Shown here piece after piece: positions 27,022 through 41,000 of a stretch of DNA of 64,000 nucleotides. The stretch spans positions 62,001-126,000 of the forward strand of contig JALMLS010000343.1 in NCBI GenBank assembly GCA_038496445.1, in the 5' to 3' direction. Position 1 is the first letter of the stretch, and every line of letters begins with the position of its first letter. The notes under the pieces were generated by a model that did not search any database, was not told the origin of the DNA, and saw only the letters and a program-made list of their open reading frames with translations. Source of the stretch: Trichosphaerium sp. ATCC 40318. Taxonomy: Eukaryota; Protista; Tubulinea. Both the position numbers and the translations under genes were made by a program.

Positions 27022-28955
27022 AACAAAAAAATAAAACTGCGTAATTCCAAGCGCTTCAAAAGCCAAGAGTTATCCCATCATGGTCAGTCGATAACCCCTA
27101 CTGGCGGATCAACAACCATTACAGCGAAAATGTCGCATAAACAAGCAAATGGTCCTAACAAACGAACAAAGGGATTAAAAAAGAGTGATAAACACGGTAG
27201 AAAGACGACCAAGAAAGACAAGGGCACAAAAGGCCACAGAACTAACGTGAAGAAGACTGCAGCATTCAACAAGCATCTCAACGATACACCTGGTGACGGT
27301 AGACCTATTTCTAGCAAGAAACGAAGGAAATTGATGAAGGAGAAGCGTGAAAAACGCAAACGCGCCAGGGAAAAAGCTGCGCGCCTTGATAAGCCTAAAC
27401 GCAAGCGCAAAAGCAAAAAATCAAAGAAATCATCAAAGAAGCTAAAAGTGGTTAACGCTGAAGTTACAGTTGAGGACCCTTCAAGTCCTACGGCAGCTGA
27501 TGTTCGCCTCACTGATACAGCGCGTAAACCTCCACCTCCTGCACCTAATTCGTTTGTGGTTATACCACCTCTGAAATTCTTTAAACAACAAGAGGAAAAG
27601 CGCATGAGAGGTTTAGACAAGGTACGTTAACTGCTACAATGTCAAAACACGAACAAAACTCTTTATGGCTTACTGTTTTTATAGCCACCTCAGCTCAAAA
27701 CTGGCATGGATGCTCATAGTATGTATGTAGTAGCTAAACCAGATATTGCTCCTAGACAAGCTATAATGCGTAAAAGCTTTTTTGACATGCCCGATCCAAC
27801 GAAGACACCAATGGTAAATGAGATAAAATGTTTTTTACAAAAAATGCTTTTCTATTTTGCTAGGTTCTGTTCTGTTCTGTTCGCTAATTGGTTTTTTTAG
27901 TTTGATGACGAGCCTGAACTTAACGAGTCGTTGTCTTTGTCCAGCGGTACTTTATCTATTTCGTTTGATTCTCAAGTACTCGAAGCAGAGCTTGCAAAAC
28001 CACCTGCTCCTTTGAGTAAGAGTACAAGCGATGAAGTAGATCGTATTCAAAGTATAGCCAAGTTTAACGCAAGACTAGCAGCGTTACAACAATCAGGTAC
28101 ATTTTTTTTCAACAATGTACAAATCGAGCGAATATTTGGTTTATAGACTTGTAGGTCGCGTGACAGAACCGAGTTCTCGAAGGCAAAAGGCATTCACGGT
28201 GACTGAGGGCATGTTTACTGATTTTAAGCTTGATCTACCTTCAAGCGCGTCAGGAAGTGCTAGTTATTCTCAAATGAGTCTACCAATAAGCCCAAGCAAA
28301 GCAATTTCTCGGCGAACGTACAACAGTCGGAGTCCACGTTCTGCAATCGATACAACTCGATCGCTGGCGCCTCCAAGATCGCCTATTGTTGCGTCTCCGC
28401 CTAGAATGCAAGGCGAGCCACTTTCTCCAGCCAGTGTACGTTTTTAGTACTTTTTTTTTGACAAAATTATTTTAAACTCACTTTGTACAACAGCAACGCA
28501 AACTAAACTACACACAACGTATTTCCAGACGAGTGTTGGGGTTTTTCAAGGGTAATAATAGCACTTCAAATTCGCACTCGTTTAAAAACGGTGCACCGGG
28601 CGATAAAAAGGGTTCCAAGCTCAGAAGACGCCCTACAATACAGAGTGTAGCAAGCGACGGCGAGTTGAGCTATCGCTCATCGCACAGAAGAGACTTGATG
28701 AACCATCATGGTCGCAGTGCCTCTGCGTCATCTTTTGAGCGTAAACGATACACAGAACACATGCAAGAGAAGTCGCAGAGTTCGTCTATTTTGGATGAAA
28801 TAAGAGGTTCACCAAAAAGGGGTGGCTTACAGCACCCTGGGTTGCATAGCCCTTCCACTATGCAATTTAGTCCTGGCCGGGACGGACCTGGTGGACACAG
28901 TGCCAGGCATGTTAAGCGTAGCCTCTCTTCAGGCCATCGCGTTCCAGTAATATAG
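27022..28955 (+). CDS. Hypothetical Lys-rich then Ser/Pro-rich low-complexity protein; start unresolved
   Basis: Consecutive in-frame exons (ORFs 27130, 27706, 27931, 28115, 28533) with GT-AG introns; no recognisable domain. Confidence 0.6.
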
Positions 28956-29088
28956 TACCCTTATAGGGTGCAATTTTCTGCGTGTACTTTAATAAACTTG
29001 AAAATTTTAGCTTAAACCAAGGCTACTTAAACGAGTTCCTAAGGAACTTACATATTGAAAATACAACTCGCGAGTGACGTTCGAACTT

Positions 29089-32000
29089 ATGGCCAACGCG
29101 GCTAACTTCACGAGTACTTCTATGCGTTATACTGTAATTTACTAATTCTCTCTAAGAGAGTATGTGGAATAAGCTCAAAGGAGTGATTCTAGGTTCAGGC
29201 ACCGATGATTTCAAGAAATTGGAAAGTTTGTTTTACGAAGAGAAAAAAGAAAAATCGTTTCTAGTGGATGAAAATGGCTTTAAGGTACGCAAATACAGAA
29301 ATTCGCGTTAACATACAAACAGGCCGCGCAAGATATCTTCGATTCGTTCGACAAGGCCAACAGTGCAAAAAACAGGCGCGATTACTTCGTAAAAGTAGTC
29401 AGTGAATGGACGGCGATGTTAGTATCGCTAACAACCGAAACTGGGTGGAAGCCGCTTATAACATGCGACTTTCCGTTCATATTTTGGCTTCTATTGCGTA
29501 TTCGACGGTACACTATTTGTTGATGCTTAAAATAACGTGTTGTTTAGGTACCAACGCTACCCTGGTATATCGATCGAAACTAGCAAAACTATGGACGTAT
29601 TTGCAGTGAAAGTTGTTGAAGGTTTTGTTACTGTATGTACATTTTTACAAAAGCTCGAAACGTTTCGCTTAACCTGTTGAAGGCGTGTGCTTCGATTTCT
29701 AGCGAAGGTCAAAAAATAAGGGGCGCGTGGTTTTTGCGCTGCCTGAATAGCAACAGTTCGTTATTTGTGGCTTTACACAAAGAAGTACTATTACACTTGC
29801 AACAAGATCCAAGAGATGGTCACAGTTATACTTTCCATAAGTAAGTATCCAAACGTAAATATGACTCATTATTATCTTAGTAAGGCAACTCCTACTGCGA
29901 TTGTTGTTTATTTTATTACACAAACCCTGGCTCACAATAAAACACTCAAATTTGAAAGCAAAATTAAGGAAGAAGACCGCCCTACATTTGATAAACCGAA
30001 AGTGAGTCCATGGAGGAGGTTCTTGGGGAGGTGTACAAGCAATGAAGAAGTACTAGAAGCTTTGGTGTTATGTGTGAGGATAAACCGCAAGCCATTGACC
30101 TCATACTTGAGTGATGTTCAATCTCAATATTTAAAAAAGGTACTTATTGTATTGTTTAATCCTAGTACTTATGGAAGAAGGCAACAGTGAAGCCAGCTCA
30201 TCTTCTTATGATTGTGTCCAATTATCCTAGGGGAGTACCTCTTCATTCGAAAACAAATATTATAAGTGTTATAAGAGGTACGGAACAAAGTCACAGTTTT
30301 GAACTTACCTAGCTTAGCTGTCCAACTTCAGTCTGCTTTCGAAGTCAGCCCTTGGCTTGATGGTCTTGAGCGCTTGGCGCTACTCATATTTAAAGGCAAA
30401 AAACGTGACAAGGAGGTACTAACCTTTAGTCCGTATTCTACATTCCAGTTGTTGACGTTATTCTTTGTTTAGATGTCTGCTGAGTTATTTAATGCGTTTG
30501 TTGAAAGTTTTACAAAGCGTGCCATATCGTTGTGCACGCAATCACGCTACTCCACGAGTAAAGTAGTTCTAGACTTTGATATGGTTATTTCATTAATGAT
30601 GTCAAAGTTGGAGGCATCACAGTTCAAAGGTAGCCTTCAAACTCTAATCGAATGCATACAACCACAATGGAATAAGTTAAGTTCATCAGGACTCAACCTT
30701 AGGAGGTACACCAACTTCAAAAGAAAGTACTGAACACCTCTATAGTATTGTACCTCATCTGTCAGTGAACGAGCAATTGAATTTCTTCTCACAAAACGTG
30801 GAACACCAAGAACTGACAGATAAGACAAAAGAGTTGTTCCTTGATCTATTTATGCCAATAAAGTCAGACACATTAATAGGAGAGCGTCTTGCCCCTGTTA
30901 AGACTTTTCTTGAAAGTGGTACAATTAAAATCATTGAGTATATTTTTAACTGTTGCTAGCGAAAATCACTACCCACAACCGAACAGTTAGTATCGCTAAA
31001 CTACTCGCATTTTTTCTAAAGATCGGTGATTATTCTTCAAAGTTTTCGGCTAGAGATGAAGATGAAGTGAATAGTACATTGAAGCAATACCTATGTACTG
31101 TAAGTAAAAGTGTTGTATAACAACCACCTAACCTTGATCAGAAAATATCTCCAAATCATAGGTGGCGGCAAAGTTTTCTGACATTGCCAGACGGGCTGTT
31201 TATTGACTTTCTCAACAAACAGGAAAAAAAATACTGTGCTGGCCCGTTCCCTTTACTTTACCGTAGTGCATGTGATATAGTAGTACAAGAGATATTTAGA
31301 GCTATAAAAGCTGATAACGTTATAAGTAATGGTATGTCATTTCTTTGACTTTGGGTTCCTTTTTTAACTGTTCTAGACTCATTTGTTACGCTAAAGTGGG
31401 TGAAAAGACAACTATCCACGCGAGGAAACATGCAATTCTCGTATTTCAAACTCATTGCGTGTTGTTATGCTTTAGCAGATGCAGTTAAAAGCTCAAACGC
31501 AATCTACAATCCTCCACAAGAGCTTGATGTGCTTGTTAGTATGGCAGCCTTATGTGATAAAGATACAAATCGTCACAAGGCGTACATGTATCATATAAAT
31601 TTATTCAACAAAGGGTTAGACAACTACAAAGTACAGATCCATGAATACATGAACAAGTTGGAAGACGGAGATGTTACAATGGTACATTCATTTTGACAAA
31701 GAAAATATTGTAACATGTCCTAGGCTGAACTAACAGACGTTATTAATAACAAACAAAACTTTATAAATTTATGTAAATCACTTAAGGTTGGATATATTGG
31801 CGTAACTAAGAGTGAAGACCTAAAGAAAGACTACGAGGAGACAATTAATGAGCGGCAGAAATCTATTCTTGTAGGAAAGTATCTTGTTGAGCTCCGAATT
31901 AATCAAGCAACTGGGTTGATATACTCGTGTAGAGGACTACATTCATCGGCAACCTACAACGACATCAAAAGTTCTTTATTCGAACTTCGTAAGAGGTTAC

Positions 32001-35000
32001 AGTGTATTCCTACTCAAGTGATAGGTACATACATTCACGTGTTATAGATAGACATCTAACTGTTTTCCAGACTCGCTCTATTTTTTCCTTGATAGAAAAT
32101 CTGCGCTTTTTACTTCTTGTATTCACGACAGTACCCAATATCAAAAACTTATGAGCGGAGAACTTGGTGTACGATTGCAGAAATAGGCATTTTTTTCTAA
32201 GTTGATTGTAGTCGCTATCAAATGAAGACATAGTAAAAATTGTAAATGAAGCTGTAGAGAAAATGAGGCTGTTGCTTGAAGACGAACGTCAGACATTGAG
32301 CACACTGAATAGGTATTAAAAAAAGTAAGATTGCTCTAACCTGATTCAGTTTCTCCCAACTAATTGCAAAGCAATCACGAAAGGGACTAGAGGCGGAATT
32401 AAAGAATTTATCATTGTTCTTTCATGATAAGCTTGCAAACGTTTCAGAGCAAGCTATAGAACAAAAAATGAAAAGATTTCGTGCAGCCTTGGAACTCGTT
32501 AGGTACAAAATTCTACCTTCTGAAAGCATCAGTGCTAACTTAAAGATTTCAGTTATGGTAACCAGTTGAATGAGCTTGTAGAAGCTGTTGAGCAATATGG
32601 GTTCCCTTTCCAAGAATTGAATGCCATTGCGACACAAAGAGATGCAATTGTGCAAAAATCAGCAGCTATAACGTTCGGTCAGGTTCCTACAATTGTCGCT
32701 GATATAAAGAAGATGCTATGCAACTTAAAGGTAACTTACCTGTATTGAGAAATGTGCTCAATCCTTTACTATAGCCTTATCATATGCAATACTTTAAAGC
32801 TGTAAGACCAGCTGCAGACCTAGTAATGTTCTTGAGAAAACAAAAAGATTTCGGAAACACTATTCAAGTACGAAACTATCAAGCTTTTGTAAGAATAACT
32901 ATTGTTAGTTTCTACAAGATCAACTTCAAGGTCAAGACTTTCCTGCCAAAGTGTTGAGCGATTTACATTTAGCTCATGTATTCTTGGATCCGTTCTTGCG
33001 CCCTGGACAGTTTACTATGGAAATGTTAGCCAAACATGTTATTAAGCATTTCGCTACTGAAGATAAACTTGATAAACTTGAAGTTATCACGTGCGTTTAT
33101 AAATATTACCTAAACACCTTCTTGACTTTTTTATAGTGCATCCATGCAGAATCTGAATCAATCTATGATTTGGTTTAATACGGGTGTGTGCTTAGCCTTG
33201 TTCGTTGCTGTACTTACAAGCGTTAGTTCTCAAAGGTTTATCTTCATCGGCGTCCATTGTGCCTCGTATCAATAAACTATTGGAATCAGGATGGTAAGAG
33301 TATTTTTACAAAGGCTTTTTTTATAATTTTAGTTTAGGTTTCAAAGTCGACTTCAAAGGCATCGTAAAGGCTCAATGTTTTCTGCTTGCTACAAAGAGGC
33401 GGATAGAATTGTGACACTTCGTCATGATGACTTGGATGATCTTGTTCGCGGGGCGATTTTCTGTAGAACTGATTCCAAGATATTGCCCGAGCAAAAGGAT
33501 AGTATGCAGCTATTTGTTGACGTTTTCCATCTTGCTAAAGAAGTTCACGAGTGTCGCCTTCAACTTGAAGAAAAAGGTAACTTTTGCAATCTTATATTAG
33601 TGCTCTGACATATCAACTAGCGAACCCGAACTACCAGGGATCTGATGATCGTGTGTCCAACGAATTGACGCTAACGGTTCTAAAGGAAACGCTTACCAAA
33701 ATCAGAGTATAATCCGCGTATTATTTAGAACTAGTTGCTAACTCTTTTTTAGCATGAGCTTCAAACATGGGAGGAAAGCCAAAAGCTTAGCTTGAGCAAT
33801 GTCCCTAGAATAGTTAGGTTGAACCCTTACCAACTATTATCTTTAATGAAACGTATACACTCATTACAAACAAACGATATGAGCGAGGGTGACTTCGATT
33901 ATGCCTCTAAACATGATATATTTGCCTATGTAGCTGCTTGCTTTCCTGATGTACCACAGCAAGCCATAGAAATTGTGCCTGCTATTAAGCAAGCGTTGGA
34001 GGTACTTGTAGTCAATACCTCAATTACTGTTGATATGCTGTTCAGGTAAAAGAACCGCTTGATGCTGTTGCAAAATTATTGTTGTCAGTTCAAACAATGA
34101 CTCATATTGGTACACCAATGAGAAGCGATGGTTCACTTCAATACAGCCTCGTGAAAGCTGAGAGTTCAGCAAATATTGATATGTTGGCATTAATGTTTTC
34201 GCTCATGGTACTTACTTACAGTAAACAGAAGTATTTATGTAATTTTTAGAATGCTACAGCACTTCCTCATCATAGCGAAATACTATGGTGTAGCGATCAG
34301 ATAACTCCAAGGGCGCTACATCTCTTTTTACAAAGTACAATTGAATTTGCGAACACAGGAAGTACTTTCTTCATTGTTGGTGTTGATAAGCTATCGCCTA
34401 TTATCAAAGAGGTACATCACTCCTTTGCTCATGTAATGATTACAGACACTCATAATTGACCACAGGAACTATTACAATTCGTGTCAGATATACTTCAAGA
34501 CAAAGTGCATCCCATGACAGCACAGACATACTTGATTTACACTGAGAGAACCCCAACAGAGATTGGATTTCTTCCAACAGAGGAGATACAACCTTTTGCT
34601 ACGATCAAGCTAGGGTCAGCCATTAAATCGCTTGGCGCGTGGACGGCTGATAGGAATATTGGTATATTTGATTTTATTACTGGAAATCCAAGAGATGGTA
34701 AGAGCACCTACATTCAAGATAGGATGAAGGAGCTTCAAAAAGCTGGACACAAAACTTTTACAATAAGGCACGTGCTTATAAAAAGAGCATAAATTGTATC
34801 GCATCTCACATTATTTCTTAGCATCAACGAAGACTTTTCAGTCAGGTCATTTTTAACAACTCTAAACCAACAACCTTCGGATAAAGGTGTTTTTGGCATT
34901 CACTTTAATGTATCTTGCTATGCACCTTTTGATGTCTTGTTTCGTTTCTTCTATAATTGGCTGATATGTGGCACTTTCTTGGACGAAACTAGCGGCGATA

Positions 35001-38000
35001 TAGAAGTACCAAGGTACAGCACAAAAGGTAGGAATACAAGAGTTGTTGACATACTCTGTTTTAGTTCAAACCTCAAGTGGCATATCTATGTTGAAGTCCC
35101 AAATCATCATGACCATCCTGATGACATTGGACATGTCCTTGAACGTCTTCCTATTGTTAAACTATTAGGTAGGAACAGACACGTGAGTGATTCCGCATTT
35201 ATAAGCAAATTTCCATTTAAGCTATCAAAAAACGTCGGATTGGTAGCCAAGTTCCTTCAACTGGAAGCTTCAAATGTATGTGCTTTCCAATGTTTGTGTT
35301 ATTGACGTCTATCGCCTAGGCGCTTAATACAACAAACTTTTCTACTGTAGAGCGGCTTGAAGATCCACAGACAATACATAAGCTTTTAGCAACTCTTTGG
35401 CAATGTACGCTACTCCTGATTTGTTTGACATGTGCTGAAGCTTACTTACTGAATTCTAAGCTTGTCCTGATATCTTAAGAATTCGTGAGCATCAAAAAAT
35501 TGCTTTGGAGTTTCTGTGGGAGCGGTGTCAGTTCATGATTGAGTGCTATAATCACGATATCCAAATATGTCAGAAGAATCCTGATACGCTACCAAGACAT
35601 CATCAAGAGAGTGATCCTCAATATTATAGCAAGCTATTTAAGCTTTTTAAAGATGAAGTAAATCAACTTTGCAATAAGAACTTGAAGGACAATTGGGCAT
35701 CATTTAATCATGGTTATGCTTGTTATGGTAACGCTAACATAAGTGTTATGAAGCTTTCTCACGTGCGTAGCTACGAGCTTTATTTCTTTGCTAATGAAAG
35801 GCTAGTCTATGCCTGTTCGAAAATACCGTGATAGACATGGTATAGAATGTGATAATAGCTGTGATTTCAAGGTGAATATATTTTTGTTGTAAAACTCTAA
35901 AAAACCGTTAGCATGATGCCGAAACAGGCCTTTACGTGCTTGATGGACCAACATCACGTTTGGCACCTAATTTACTGAGATCTTCTTTGGCAGCTACCCT
36001 TGGACTTGAAGGAAGGCAATTGGTTCGTTTATCATAGCTGGTGCAAAACTCTTATTAAATCTAGACTGCATTGCTTAAAGAACAAGGATACTATCTCACC
36101 CCTGATTTTGCTTTGAAGCTTTACATCCTTAACGAGCGTTCAAAGACTCATGCTGGTGTTCTTCTTGAAGGTAATAAGGGATTCTATGGATGGACGTTGG
36201 TTTACTTATATCTCTATAGGTGGTACTGGTGTTGGAAAGTCAGAGATGCTCCGATTTTATGCCACAGTTCTCAATTCCCGTAAGAAAGTGACACCAAACT
36301 TTAAATACGAGCTTGTGAGCCTTATCAAGTCATTTATTGACGGGTATAATCCTGACCCTGAGGAAGATATTGGCGTGGTATGCCACATTCTTATTTAAAC
36401 TTGGATGCTGATTTACATCTAGGACATGGCTGAGTTGAAGAGCATTGGAAGAAGACTTACTGTTTATGCAAAATTAGATGACTTAATAAGAGAGCTTACT
36501 ACTTATGGCAATGATAACCCAGCAATTGCAACACCTCTCTCGAATTACCTCATACAATCACTTCAAGTACTTGTATCTGAATATCCATTGATTCAGTGCG
36601 TGTAGCGCTCCAGTAGATCATTGAACTTACTCCTAATTACTAGACCTTCAGCGGAACCAATCATTAAGAGACAAGTTGCAGAAACAATGGAAGAAGTCAT
36701 TGTATTCATAAAAGATGTCATCAAACTGAAGCCAATCAAGTTTTTTGAGAAGATCCTCCTCCATGAGGGTATCACTGCAGCAGCGTTTAAGAAGCAAGTC
36801 AAGAGTATCATCTCACAAGTTAAGAAATACGCGGAAATCCTATCGGATATTAAGTTTGTTGTATTCGTTGATGAGCTTAACACTGCGCTGATTGGAGGTG
36901 TCGTTAAGGAGGTCTTCATTGATCACACTATTGACGGCGAGCCTATACCTCCTAACATATTCTGGGTCGGTGCTATCAATCCGTACATGGAAGATGGTAA
37001 GCATAGTTAATTCTTCTTGTATTATTTATTTAACACCTCTTCAGGATCGTACATCGTTTACCCAATATCGCCAAGTTATGATGAGATAAAACTATTGTGG
37101 ACACAATTGACCAAGGATCAAGAACGTGACTTCCTGGCGTCTGTACTTGCCGAATGGCGTTTCGAAGGCGTACGTTTTCTATGATCTATTCCTTGGGATT
37201 AACGTTTATCACAGACAGCGGCAAACCTTAAGAAGAAGTTAGAAAAATTTGTTTTAGAAGCGCAACAATTTGTTGGACGTTGCAAATTAGATCGTATGTG
37301 TGTCTCTATTCGAGACATTATGCGCGTTACAACATTATATCAGTTTTTCTTAAACGTAAGTTTACTCACCTTCTGAGAGAATCACGTTACCTAACACGTG
37401 TTTATTAGCGTAAATTTATAAACTACCAACTGCATGATGAACACAAGAGTTGGCGTGCTATAATGATGGCTGTAGCGATTGGGTATTACTTCCGCCTTCC
37501 AAGCCATCGTACGTTTTGAGTATTGTTATCATGCGCTCAAAATTGTTAGACCAAGTAGGTGAAGAGCAAGCAGACTTTGTAAACTACAGACAATTATTTG
37601 TTCATAACGTTGTGGACAAACTTAATGCACCTATCAACTTCGAAAGAGAAGTATCAACACAACTCAAGTACTTCTTTGATTTGATGAACAAAAACGGCGG
37701 TATTCCTAAAGGTATCGCTCCAACACGCGCTCTTTTGGAGAATATATACAGCACTGTTGTTTGTTTGGAAGCCAAACTACCATTGATTATTATTGGTCCA
37801 CCTGGATGTAGTAAGACACTATCTTTCAAGCTTGCTTGTGACAACATGAAAGGAAATGGTACTGTAGTCAACATGACATTTTCTTTGTCACTGACCGTCT
37901 GTACTAGCTTCTCAAGTAGAGTTCTTCCGTAATTTACATAACATCAACAGACACAACTACCAGGTACAGAGCTTTCAGAGTACTGCCTCATTCAAGAGTC

Positions 38001-41000
38001 TTACTGTTTTTTACAGGCAAACGAAAATTCTACTGCCAAGGAGATAGAATCCAAGTTTGTTATTGCTGAGAGGAAACAACAAAAGTTTGAGCAAGCTAAC
38101 ATGGACAAAGAAAGGTGTGTTGTATTCATTGATGAAGGTGGTCTACCAGAAGAAAAAGAAAATGCGATGAAAGTCATTCATTTCCATCTCGACCATCCCA
38201 AAGTACCTTGTGTCATCCTGTCAAACAAAATGCTCGATGCAGCAAAGTCCAACCGTGCTATTCAAGTACGCCTTTGGAGACACAACGAAAATACTTACTG
38301 GGTTACTTTTAGGTCCGCCAAGATTTCATAGGCGAACAGGATATGATCACTCTTGCTAAGGGTACGCACTCAGCACATCGATGGCACTAACGTTGACAAC
38401 AAGGATGTTTGGCTCTTGATTCAAGTGCAAGTATGAAAAATGACTCTGGAAGTATTGTAGGTCTTTGCAAGGCATTCAGTCAAGTCAACGATCATGTCGA
38501 TACACGTGCTCATCTCTTCCATCAACGTGATTTTGTATATTTTCTACGTTACTTGAGAAAACATGGTACACAAGACGCACACAAAAGTTATGTTACTTTC
38601 TCTCCTGAAATCGTGATAAAGGCTCTAAAGGTAAGAGTTCAAGACGTACTACCATATCTTTAACCCTTAATAGCGTAATTTTGGCGGTGTTTCAGCAGCT
38701 GCTTTTGAAAACATTTGTAGTTTGTTTATGACTGTAATCGCTGAAGAGACGAAACAAAGAAAATGGAGTCTTCCAAACGATTTTAAATATAATGTGATTG
38801 ATACCCTTAAAGAGAGCATAAAAGATACCCTATCACCTGGAGAAGATCCAAGTCAATCCGCAAGTAGATACATTATGATCATTGACCCAACTAATGTTCA
38901 GGTACTTAACAGTCTTTTGAGTTGAAAAAAAATTGCATGTGAAGATTCATCACATCGTAGGCCTCTATTTCGTACTTGATGTCAATGGGTTTACTTCACC
39001 ATGACAAGGAAAAACGTGAAAAAGGAGAAGGTCAGTTTACCTACATGTGTAATGTTTCTGATTTCAAGGGTACATAGCTATAGTCGAATAGTTTGGAAGC
39101 TGACATTTGCCAGGTGATGAAAATGATATTGCAAGAAGCTCGTTGATTTCTGAACTTAAGATGCATATGGAGACAGGTGACACTGTTGTATTGTTCAATA
39201 GTGGACCAATTCGTACCTCCTTCTACGATGTTGTCAACAAACATTTCTCAAAAGTTTTGGGTGGCACAGATCAGTATCAATACTATGCTAATGTAGCTGT
39301 TGGGTGAGTTTTTTTTCTTTGGTCGCTTTTATTCTTATTTCTTATCAGCTCGTATTCTCGTCCTTGTAAGGTCCACCCAAAGTTTAAAATGATCATCCAT
39401 CTACCAATTGACGAGATGAAAACCACTGCTCTTCCGTTCTTGAACAGGTTTGAAAAGTATCTGTTTAGCACAGGTATGATCACTTTAAAGGTTTTTCATT
39501 AATGCTGTTGCTTAGAGGAAGTCCTGAAACACGAGATTTCGCGCTTTGAATACTCATCACAGAAGCATGTAAGCTGGCAGCTTGACAACTTGCGTGCTGG
39601 AGTTAATGACTTTGTGGAACAAGTCAAACCAACCTCGTATGAAAAAACCTTTCAAAAGTATTTTTTCGTTTACCTCGGTAGGTTTTATGGCGTAGTCGCT
39701 GCAGTAAATAAAGATAACGATAAAGATAATTGTCTCAAGATCACATCTTGCGATACCATCGATTCTCTTCTTATTACAATCGCAAAGGAGAATAGGTAAG
39801 CAAGCTCACGTTGCCTTGTAAGTCTAACAAGTTCGAAACAACAGGGCTTTCAATGGAATTAATGCAATCCAACCTGCTTTTTTTGTTGAAGACAAACAAC
39901 ATAATACGCCCGTTGATTCTAGTATTGGTCATCTCGTGAGGCAAGCTAATTTCCGTCTACTTCAACTAGCCAGGCCTGAGGCTGTATATCTCGAACGAGG
40001 ATTCTTACCTAAGGCATACTTATTTGAATATCTAATACGCCAAGAACATTTCAGGTATATTCTCTTTACACAAAGGTTTATTAATCACTTCGTTTAGTGT
40101 GTTAAGATTCTTGCACGCCTTGTTTACAGCTGAGACTTATGCTGCCTGTACGAACAACTACATTATAATGTATGCAAGGCTAATACATTATTTAGCTAAC
40201 CAAGGGCAAAAGAGAAAGTGGGTTATCTTTACAAGAACCTCTCCAGAGATGTTTTGTTTACATACAAATTCGAGATTACAACAACTCATTGTTCGTCCAT
40301 TAGTAGAAGAAAACAAGGATAAGTCTATTGATGAGCATTTGCGAGTAATCAACGTATCTTCTATTCAATCTAGCGAAGATTGCAAGCAACATATTAAAGC
40401 ATTCTATGCTTCAAAGACACGTGTGCTACTAGCAGTTGCAGATATGAGCGTTGGACAAGTCAGCAGGAACCAATTGAGCCTTCTTCAACAACAAGTGGAT
40501 ATGTTCACAGCTTCTTTAGATCCTGAAGACAAACGCATTGTCATCATACTTGTTCACTTTCCTACCGAGCAAACTCAGGTATTTTAAACACTGCTTCTTG
40601 CTGTGAACTTGAACTAACACCATGATAGCTTATTCGTTCTTACTACGATGCTGTATTCCTTAAGGAATGGGATTTTACTTACATTGATTCTTTGGGTGTT
40701 ATTTCTACTACTGACACTTCATTGAGAGAAAATAATGAAGATATCGATATTGTGGAGAACGTCGATTTACGTGATTGGATCAAAGTAGCGTTTATGAGAA
40801 CAGATGATAACCTGAAGCCTGTTACAAATGGAGATAAACGTAAAAGCTCTCAAAAGCTTGGAAAACCTTTCAGCAAGCAACTAGATAAATCAATAAGTGT
40901 TTGCTTAAAACACATCACATACTCAGTACAAAGAGTACCTAAACTTGAGCATTCACTAAAGTTCTACAGAGCTCGAAGACCTGCTGATAAGACGGTACTA

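Noticed and set aside
27084-27620. 178-aa antisense ORF
   Set aside because: Mirror of the Lys-rich sense exon
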